A stretch of DNA of 18,371 nt from Candidatus Heimdallarchaeota archaeon (GTDB taxonomy: Archaea; Asgardarchaeota; Heimdallarchaeia; Heimdallarchaeales; Heimdallarchaeaceae): contig JAEOSZ010000076.1 of NCBI GenBank assembly GCA_016840095.1, positions 1 through 18,371 on the forward strand, written 5' to 3'. Position numbers and translations under genes: made by a program. The notes under the pieces were generated by a model that worked only from the letters and a program-made list of their open reading frames with translations, ran no database searches and was not told where the DNA came from. Positions 1 to 6,451 of this stretch are shown one piece after another; position 1 is the first letter of the stretch; the number at the start of each line of letters is the position of its first letter.

Positions 1-3
1 AAA

Positions 4-255
4 TTGTTGAAGATATTGGAAAACTCTCCACAGTATCAAAAAGAACTTTCTGAAGATACTGGATTACGTGGAGGAACTTTCAAACATCACACAGATATTC
101 TACAAGACGAGGGATTCATTACTCGTGAGGCTATTAGAGGACGTTATCTAATTACTCAACTTGGAATTGAGGCTCTAAAACTTGCTGAAATGATCTATCT
201 TCGAGAAAAGCAATTGGAAGAAGATGAAGCAATTAACATAGATATTGAGGATTAG
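4..255 (+). CDS. Winged helix-turn-helix (ArsR-like) protein, probably 5'-truncated by the window edge
   Basis: The segment 'QKELSEDTGLRGGTFKHHTDILQDEGFI...GRYLITQLG' fits the wHTH helix-turn-helix plus wing pattern. The frame is open to the window start. Confidence 0.7.
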   Translation: MLKILENSPQYQKELSEDTGLRGGTFKHHTDILQDEGFITREAIRGRYLITQLGIEALKLAEMIYLREKQLEEDEAINIDIED

Positions 256-274
256 GAAATAAGGAGGAAATTAA

Positions 275-946
275 ATGAGATTAAGCATTAAAAACCGACC
301 TTTGAAAATTACTCATAGCTTTGAATATACTTTCAACAATAAACAAGCTAAAATTTCCTTATCTAAAAATACAATCCTTCTTCCAATTTTTGATGAAAAG
401 AGAAATAGACAAATTGGGTTCTTACTTGATGGACCCGTTGGGATAATCGCTGATTTACTTGTTCATTCACAGGAAGGAGCAGTTGGAGAACTTATCGATG
501 AAACTTATTCGAATATTCTCCTCTTTCCTGTAAAACTCCCCTTTCTTACCCCAGATCATGTAAAAGAAATTCAACCCCTTGAAGATATTTCTAAACATGA
601 GGAAATAATTCGAAAGTATAAAGTGCAACTTGTCCATGATGAGTATATCTCATATGAAGAAAAAGATGGAATAATGGTTCAAACCTATAATCCAACCTCT
701 CTCTGGTTTTTCGCACAAGAATCTACTTTCTTAATAGATACTGAAGAGATAATAGGGAGGCGTGGAGAAAAAAAGTTGTTTTGGCTAGTAAAGGATTCTT
801 TTACTACAGTAAGCAATAGAGGACGAGTAACATCTACTAAGGATTTATTTTCAATTAACAAAGCTCAAAAGACAGTACATAGAATTCTAGATACACCCCT
901 TGCATCAATATTCTCAAGATTTAGTGAGATATTTGCAGCTATCTAG
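275..946 (+). CDS. Hypothetical protein (223 aa, apparently beta-rich)
   Basis: Long ORF with AAGGAGG SD just upstream, 19 nt after the HTH gene. No family recognised. Confidence 0.7.
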   Translation: MRLSIKNRPLKITHSFEYTFNNKQAKISLSKNTILLPIFDEKRNRQIGFLLDGPVGIIADLLVHSQEGAVGELIDETYSNILLFPVKLPFLTPDHVKEIQPLEDISKHEEIIRKYKVQLVHDEYISYEEKDGIMVQTYNPTSLWFFAQESTFLIDTEEIIGRRGEKKLFWLVKDSFTTVSNRGRVTSTKDLFSINKAQKTVHRILDTPLASIFSRFSEIFAAI

Positions 947-956
947 ATTCCTTTTT

Positions 957-1946
957 TTATTCTTTTTCTAATTTGGTTTTAATCACTTTCGCAATTTGTT
1001 TTGAAATTACAGGAGGAACAGCTTCTCCAATTTGGTTGAACATCCCTTCAACAGATCCTGTAAAAACAAAATCATCTGGAAAACCCATCAGCCGTGCTTG
1101 TTCTCTTACTGATAAAGGCCTATCCTCTATAGGGTGAATAAATCTTGATTTACCCATTATTGTTGGTGCTACATCTTTCTCATCTAACTTTGTCCAATTT
1201 CGATTTTCTCTAGAAGCTCCCTTGAAGTATACAGCTGATTGACCTTTTCGAATTCCCAGCCCCTCTTTCTTTACTTGTTTTGGAAAAGGTAATCTAAAAT
1301 GATTTGGTACATCATTAGGATAAGCGGGGGAAGAAAGATCAAGTATTGAATCCGCAACTTTTATCCTTCTTTTAGGCATCAAATCAAAATGCACATTCGA
1401 TATAAATACTCTGTTTCTATAACTTGGACAACCATATTTTTCACAAGATATGAAATTAAAGTGAATCTTGCTATAACCAACTGTTTTGAATTCCTCCTTG
1501 ATTATTTCTTTTCCTTCAGCATCTACAATGGGCAGAACATTTTCTATTACAAAATATTTAGGTGAAAGGTCACCAATAATTCGTGTTGCATGGAATATTA
1601 AATCTCCTTGAGGATCATCATAAAATCTTTCAAAAGGAGTCTTCTTTCTTCTTGGATTTGCTGCTGTAAAAGGCTCACAAGGAGGAGAAGCTAGAACAAC
1701 ATCTATTTCTTCACCTATCTTATCAATAATTTCTAAACTATGAACTGTACGAATATCTCTAATCCATACTTTAGATTTTGGAAAGTTATGAGTATAAGTT
1801 TTAGCTGCAGATTCATCTTTTTCAATAGCTAATTTATCAATAAAACCCTCTTGCACGAAACCTAAACTAAAACCTCCTGTTCCTGAGAAAAGATCAACAA
1901 ACGAAAATTCTCTCTGTTTTGAACTAGAGCTCATCTTTCTGCACAA
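957..1946 (-). CDS. C5-cytosine methyltransferase (Dcm/Dnmt family), orphan; true start possibly ATG at 1934
   Basis: Motif I DLFSGTGG, motif IV SPPCEPFT, motif VI ENV, motif VIII PSYRNRVF, motif IX REQARLMGFPD, motif X QIGEAVPP. Confidence 0.92.
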   Translation of the reverse strand: MCRKMSSSSKQREFSFVDLFSGTGGFSLGFVQEGFIDKLAIEKDESAAKTYTHNFPKSKVWIRDIRTVHSLEIIDKIGEEIDVVLASPPCEPFTAANPRRKKTPFERFYDDPQGDLIFHATRIIGDLSPKYFVIENVLPIVDAEGKEIIKEEFKTVGYSKIHFNFISCEKYGCPSYRNRVFISNVHFDLMPKRRIKVADSILDLSSPAYPNDVPNHFRLPFPKQVKKEGLGIRKGQSAVYFKGASRENRNWTKLDEKDVAPTIMGKSRFIHPIEDRPLSVREQARLMGFPDDFVFTGSVEGMFNQIGEAVPPVISKQIAKVIKTKLEKE

Positions 1947-1956
1947 CTTCTAAAAT

Positions 1957-2035
1957 TGGTGGGGCAGGCAGGATTTGAACCTGCGACATCCACTGTGTGA
2001 GAGTGGCATCATAGGCCAGGCTAGATCACTGCCCC
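1957..2035 (-). tRNA. tRNA-Val (anticodon CAC), CCA encoded, no intron
   Basis: Reverse complement GGGGCAGTGATCTAGCCTGGCCTATGATGCCACTCTCACACAGTGGATGTCGCAGGTTCAAATCCTGCCTGCCCCACCA. Acceptor stem GGGGCAG/CTGCCCC, anticodon arm CCACT-CTCACAC-AGTGG, T arm GCAGG-TTCAAAT-CCTGC. Confidence 0.97.
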
Positions 2036-2059
2036 TTAGTGGTTGTTGATTAATTGTTG

Positions 2060-2074
2060 ATTATTAATTTTTCT
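2060..2074 (-). promoter_or_regulatory. BRE/TATA promoter of tRNA-Val
   Basis: Minus strand AGAAAAA-TTAATAAT begins its TATA about 32 nt upstream of the tRNA 5' G. Confidence 0.55.
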
Positions 2075-2100
2075 AATTGCATCTTAAAATAGTATATAAT

Positions 2101-2320
2101 GCCCCCGAGGTTAACTCTAAACATCATTTTAAGGGATTCACCCACATCAGTTAGTTGAGCTCCTCAGGAGCAAACTGTTGTCTACCAGGGTTGACCGTGT
2201 TTCACAGTGTAGAATGTCTCACTCTACTCAACAGGAGCCCGTATGGTAGCCTATTGCCTTGTAATTGCACTTTCTTTCCTAGTCGGTTGATACCATCTCT
2301 AGAAAGTCCTCGATAAAGGC
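2101..2320 (-). ncRNA. Putative unclassified structured non-coding RNA (~220 nt)
   Basis: 46% GC (101/220, hand count) against AT-rich flanks. The ends pair (GCCUUU..GAGG / CCUC..GGGGGC) and there are several internal hairpins whose G-U pairs work only on the minus strand. A BRE/TATA lies upstream. Confidence 0.6.
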
Positions 2321-2338
2321 AATTATACATGGGTTTAG

Positions 2339-2357
2339 TATATATTGAACTTTTTTG
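2339..2357 (-). promoter_or_regulatory. BRE/TATA promoter of the putative ncRNA
   Basis: Minus strand CAAAAAAG-TTC-AATATATA, with the TATA starting about 27 nt upstream of G2320. Confidence 0.5.
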
Positions 2358-2365
2358 TCTTATAC

Positions 2366-2388
2366 AAAAGAGAAAAAGGAAAAATAAG
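2366..2388 (-). terminator. Oligo-U terminator after tyrS
   Basis: Minus strand CTTATTTTTCCTTTTTCTCTTTT immediately after the tyrS stop codon. Confidence 0.55.
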
Positions 2389-3462
2389 TTAAAGAGATTT
2401 GACTGCTTCAACTAAATCTTGATGTTTTTCGAAATACTTTCTTGATGGTTTCAAAATCTCATTCACTGTTTTTGCTAAACTCAATTTCAAATCTAACGGA
2501 TGTACAGAACCTTCCATATAATCAATCTTGAAAGATTCATATGAATTGTAGATTAGATCACCGCCAAACTTCTCGTCTCTTTCAATTCTGAATTCATCAA
2601 ACATGTCAAAAACTATGTATTGTACCATTTCAGTGATAGGATTTCCAACTACTTGCTTTGGAGGACATTGTGCTTTTTTGAGTTTCCTCACAACATCTTC
2701 TTCACTATCATGAATGAATATACATGTTTCTGGTTTTGATTTACTCATTTTGGCATCGATTTGATCAGCAAGATCTGGAACAGCTTCAGCATCCATTTTC
2801 TTACCAAAGCCTTGTAATCCTGTTATGAGTGGAGTATGAATACAACTTGGTTTTGTTCTACCTAGCTTCTCAGCTGTATCTCGAGCTAGCATGTGGGCTT
2901 TTCTTTGATCCATTCCTCCATAAGCTAAGTCTATTTCCATGTCATAGATATCAGCTACTTGCATAGCTGGATAGTAGATAAAACCAGATTCTATTTCACC
3001 TTCAGCTTTTCTTCCCATTACAGGAAGAGTTCTGAGAACTCTTGTAAGAGTATTTGCTTTAGCTACTCTGATGACTTTTTCCCAATATGTTATCTTTTCA
3101 GCAAGTTCAGATGCCCAAATATATTTTACATTTGGTCCTTTAGCACCAATTGATTCAAAGGCTTTTTTGAAATATTCTCCTGCCAGTTTGATTTTTTCCA
3201 TATCAGCTCCTAGTTTGTTATTAATCCAACTGTGCCAATCGGCAAGGAAAATTATTACTTCGAAACCTGCATTCATTAAGTCCTTAATTTTGTTTCCACA
3301 AACAATACCAGTTCCTAGATGAACAAGACCAGAAAGTTCATACCCAATGTATGCTCTTGGTTTTTCCTTTTCTTCCAAAATCTTTCTAATTTCCTCTTCA
3401 AGGATAACTTCTTCAGTATTTTTTGTAACTAGTTTTATTCTTTCTTCAATAGACATTAACAT
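2389..3462 (-). CDS. tyrS: Tyrosyl-tRNA synthetase (archaeal); start probably at 3456
   Basis: AYIGYE.SG.VHLG (HIGH-like), LADWHSWIN, YPAMQVAD, GGMDQRKAH, KMSKS and HPLDLK motifs. GGGTGA SD lies 6 nt before the second ATG. Confidence 0.97.
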   Translation of the reverse strand: MLMSIEERIKLVTKNTEEVILEEEIRKILEEKEKPRAYIGYELSGLVHLGTGIVCGNKIKDLMNAGFEVIIFLADWHSWINNKLGADMEKIKLAGEYFKKAFESIGAKGPNVKYIWASELAEKITYWEKVIRVAKANTLTRVLRTLPVMGRKAEGEIESGFIYYPAMQVADIYDMEIDLAYGGMDQRKAHMLARDTAEKLGRTKPSCIHTPLITGLQGFGKKMDAEAVPDLADQIDAKMSKSKPETCIFIHDSEEDVVRKLKKAQCPPKQVVGNPITEMVQYIVFDMFDEFRIERDEKFGGDLIYNSYESFKIDYMEGSVHPLDLKLSLAKTVNEILKPSRKYFEKHQDLVEAVKSL

Positions 3463-3608
3463 TCACCCAAACTATTTGAGGATTTGTTGATAATGACTGC
3501 CCTAACGTAACTCTATTTAAAAAACTCTTGGTTCGAGTTAACGATATTCCAAGGAAATCATCTCACTTCTGGATTATCCCTAAAACTCATAAATTTTTTG
3601 TCATTTGA

Positions 3609-3627
3609 TAAAAAAAAGAAGGAAGAA
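3609..3627 (-). terminator. Oligo-U terminator after dnaG
   Basis: Minus strand TTCTTCCTTCTTTTTTTT directly after the stop codon. Confidence 0.55.
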
Positions 3628-5196
3628 TTAAATTTGTTTAAACTCAATTATCTTCAAACCGGTTGGTTTTTTAGAAATTTCTCCTTTTCTTGCACCAATT
3701 ACTGTTTTGATTCCTTTGCCATTTGATCGATCTAATAATCTCTGAGTTATTATACCATCAATAACTAAAATATTACCTTTTTCGATTTTTTCTAAAGAAT
3801 CAAAAATTTCTGCTGCAGGAGACCTGAGAATTTCCTTTTCAGCTTCATCAAATACAATTGCTTCCAGTTTTGTTTTAACTGTTTTAACTGCATTAGTTAG
3901 ATATTCAGGAAGTTCAACTTTTCTTATTTCTCTTCTTGGAGGACGTTGACTTGTTGTAGATCTTGAATAAGTTCTTGAGCCAGAATGAGAACTTGGTCGA
4001 GAACCAGATCGAGAACTAGGACGTGATCCAGGTCGAGAATCAGTTCTAGGACGTGAGGAGGTATGAGATGGTCTACTTGATGATGGTCTTCCTGATGATG
4101 GCCTACTTGATGTTGGTCTTGGAGATGAAGGTTTCTGAGTAGTTGTTGGAGCAGTTTTCTTTTCTACTTTACCTTTACTAACTGTTGCAGCTTTTGTAGG
4201 TTTAGCTGGAACTTTCTTCTTACTTACTGTTTTTGTTTCCTTCACTTCAGCTTTAGGTTTCTTATCATCAGTTTCCTTTCTTGATAAAGTAAACTTTTTC
4301 AATCTCTTCTTAGGAGACTTAGATTTATCAAGGAACTCTTTAACTGTGAGATCTGCATCTTTACCTGTTAAGAAAACTGCTTTTTCTAATGGAACAGCTC
4401 CTTTCAAAGCTTGATTGGTTTCCTCTTCATTAAGGTCTTCAACTTCCTTTCCTTTTGGAGCTCGAGCTACAAATTCAACGTGTGATACTTGTAGTAATTC
4501 TTTTAGAATTAAATCCCCGCCTCTGTCACCATCTAGAAAAGCTGTTACTGTTTTCTTTGTAATTAAATCGATCAATTTAGGGGGTATACTTGTTCCATTA
4601 ACTGCAACTGTATTGTCAATACCATATTTTAGAAGATTGACAACATCTGCTCTACCCTCAACTAGAATTGTTTTCTTCTGTCTTTCAAATCCAGGACCAG
4701 CGGCAAATCCTTCATCACTGATACTAACTACTTGACTTGATTTAGAAGATTTTTGTACTTCCATACTTATTGATGAAGAAAAGGGACTAACATTTTGATC
4801 CCATTGACGCATGATTTCAGAAGCACGGTCAACAATTGATTGACGTTTATTGATTCTGACATCTACTATTTCCTCAAGCTTAACAGCACAACTGCATGGT
4901 CCTACTCTATCAACAGTTTCAAGAGTAGCTGCTAATATCGCAGTTTCCATCCGGGATAAGCTTGATGGGATTATTATTCTCCCAGAAGTTTTTCCTTTCT
5001 TGCTACTAAGTTCAACACTAATTCTTCCTATTCTTCCTGTTTTTTGGAGTTCGCGAATATCGAGATTTTCACTCAAAAGCCCATCTGTTTGTCCATAAAT
5101 CCCTCCGATTATGTCTGGCTTTTCAACGACTCCATCTATTTCAAAAGATGCTCTTATTTCATACTTTGTTGTTGAAGCATCTGTTTTTGCACCCAA
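3628..5196 (-). CDS. dnaG: Archaeal DnaG (TOPRIM; exosome-associated RNA-binding subunit) with a long disordered linker
   Basis: N-terminal 'GVVEKPDIIGGIYGQT.GLL...ELQKTGRIGRI', TOPRIM 'VEGRADV' and 'DGDRGG', C-terminal 'IDGIITQRLLD'. TTG start with AGGTGA SD. Confidence 0.96.
   Translation of the reverse strand: MGAKTDASTTKYEIRASFEIDGVVEKPDIIGGIYGQTDGLLSENLDIRELQKTGRIGRISVELSSKKGKTSGRIIIPSSLSRMETAILAATLETVDRVGPCSCAVKLEEIVDVRINKRQSIVDRASEIMRQWDQNVSPFSSSISMEVQKSSKSSQVVSISDEGFAAGPGFERQKKTILVEGRADVVNLLKYGIDNTVAVNGTSIPPKLIDLITKKTVTAFLDGDRGGDLILKELLQVSHVEFVARAPKGKEVEDLNEEETNQALKGAVPLEKAVFLTGKDADLTVKEFLDKSKSPKKRLKKFTLSRKETDDKKPKAEVKETKTVSKKKVPAKPTKAATVSKGKVEKKTAPTTTQKPSSPRPTSSRPSSGRPSSSRPSHTSSRPRTDSRPGSRPSSRSGSRPSSHSGSRTYSRSTTSQRPPRREIRKVELPEYLTNAVKTVKTKLEAIVFDEAEKEILRSPAAEIFDSLEKIEKGNILVIDGIITQRLLDRSNGKGIKTVIGARKGEISKKPTGLKIIEFKQI
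3986..4126. repeat. Degenerate in-frame tandem repeats in dnaG: 5x12 bp (3986-4045) and 4x15 bp (4067-4126)
   Basis: 12-mers: tgagaacttggt, cgagaaccagat, cgagaactagga, cgtgatccaggt, cgagaatcagtt. 15-mers: gatggtctacttgat, gatggtcttcctgat, gatggcctacttgat, gttggtcttggagat. They encode xxSR and PSSxR units. Confidence 0.8.
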
Positions 5197-5636
5197 TTTA
5201 GTTCACCTATTATGTTGCATAGTTGCATAAGCTTACAAGAAAAAGATGGATTCTTACTATCCCTTACCCTACTATTGTTATATCTCAAACTCATTAAGAG
5301 TATTTTTCCGACACATGTAATACACTTTATAGTGACTGTAATTTGACTTCTTGAAGTCAGTTAATGTTTATGATCGTGATAGGATGTGTGAGTGTAATCC
5401 ATCCAAGTTTTCTTGCATACTTGAACTCACATTATTATTTCAGGTGTATTTTCTTACCTGTAATTTCTAAATGTTGAACTATACATTCTTCAGTTCAAGA
5501 CAACATAAAAAAGTTAGAATTAAAAAAGTTCCCATTGGACACAAGCTTAAATAGGATTTCTAGGTTTGAAGAAGAATCATGAATAGGTTTTGCTTAAGTT
5601 TAAATAAGTTCAATTGCAGTCATATAGTGTAGAAAA

Positions 5637-6083
5637 ATGAACCCAGAATTATACATTGGATTAGGAGTCGGATTTGGGAGTTTATTCATAATAATTATTG
5701 TAATAATTGTTCTAAGAAGAGGGAAAAGGGAGAAGAACCCCTTGATTTCTAGATCAAAAGATGTCATGGTTATGATTAATCAAAGAATTTTATCAATGAA
5801 TTCAAGAATACAGAAATTTGATGATGAAATAACTAAATTAGTAGTTGCTAAAGAGAAAGAAGATCTATCACTTTTAACTATAGATATTGAACTGGATGAC
5901 ATTCCTCAAGAAATTGAAAGTAAAAAGAAGACAATTAATGATTACATAGCTGATATCAAGGATCTTGAAGATTATAAAAAGGAGATAGAAGAAATGTTGT
6001 CAAAGAAGGATGAGAACAAATGGAATGAATTAGAAACACTTCTTGAACAAACAAAAGAAAAAATGAGATATAGATTTACTTAA
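5637..6083 (+). CDS. Hypothetical single-pass membrane protein with a coiled-coil tail
   Basis: N-terminal hydrophobic segment 'LYIGLGVGFGSLFIIIIVIIVL' followed by RRGKR (positive-inside rule), then K/E-rich heptads. TTTAAATA box upstream at about 5599. Confidence 0.75.
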   Translation: MNPELYIGLGVGFGSLFIIIIVIIVLRRGKREKNPLISRSKDVMVMINQRILSMNSRIQKFDDEITKLVVAKEKEDLSLLTIDIELDDIPQEIESKKKTINDYIADIKDLEDYKKEIEEMLSKKDENKWNELETLLEQTKEKMRYRFT

Positions 6084-6159
6084 AGAATATAACCTATTAA
6101 TAGAAATGCTTTTATTCGAATGTTATGAGCAAAGAACAGAATAATTGAGGTGAGCCTTC

Positions 6160-6318
6160 TTGCCAGTTACAAATCCGGAGTATAGAGCTATCGCACGATC
6201 ACACATTATGGAAAAGAAAGTATGCAGAAAGTGTTATGCAACCAATCCTGTGAACGCAATTAAATGTCGTAAGTGTAGATCTAAGGAGCTCAGAATGAAA
6301 AGATCCAATAAGAAATAG
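6160..6318 (+). CDS. rpl40e: 50S ribosomal protein L40e (52 aa; missed by the ORF track)
   Basis: TTG start after GAGGTGA SD. Translation MPVTNPEYRAIARSHIMEKKVCRKCYATNPVNAIKCRKCRSKELRMKRSNKK has the L40e zinc ribbon CRKC..N....CRKC...LR.K. Confidence 0.93.
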   Translation: MPVTNPEYRAIARSHIMEKKVCRKCYATNPVNAIKCRKCRSKELRMKRSNKK

Positions 6319-6451
6319 ATTCAACTCAGGCACTCAATTCTAAAAATTTCAAACTGTATTGTCATAAGATTTAAATGCAAATTATAATCTTTGTTGATAA
6401 GTCAAACGTAAAAGTTGGAGAAACTGAAATTCCCTTTAATGTGATATACTA

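Noticed and set aside
957-1960. Integrated mobile or defence island at the tRNA-Val 3' end
   Set aside because: No integrase, no duplicated tRNA 3' end and no obvious compositional shift within the window. It cannot be excluded beyond the left edge.
2160-2210. Hammerhead ribozyme (CUGAGGA and GAAAC...GUC on the minus strand)
   Set aside because: Stem II cannot form between the sequence after CUGAGGA and the sequence before GAAA.
2233-2250. Group II intron domain V-like GAGCCCGTATG
   Set aside because: There is no complementary 3' half of domain V, no domain VI and no RT ORF.
2101-2320. RNase P RNA identity for the unknown RNA (plus-strand GAAAGTCCTCG/CGAGGTTA looks P4-like; minus-strand GAAAGUGCAA and GUGAAACACGGUCAACCC resemble S-domain motifs)
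   Set aside because: The P4-like halves are in reversed order and on the strand disfavoured by G-U pairs, and no ACAGAA-type CR-V is present. A cmscan would settle it.
2101-2320. BHB motif in the closing stem of the unknown RNA (3-nt bulges around GAGG/CCUC)
   Set aside because: On the minus strand the bulges lie 5' of the central helix, which is the wrong polarity. On the plus strand the outer helix has C-A mismatches.
2202-2411. 69-aa ORF on the minus strand
   Set aside because: It runs through the tyrS stop, terminator and promoter into the structured RNA and has no protein-like features.
3986-4126. CRISPR-like array
   Set aside because: The repeats are contiguous, degenerate, in-frame coding units without spacers.
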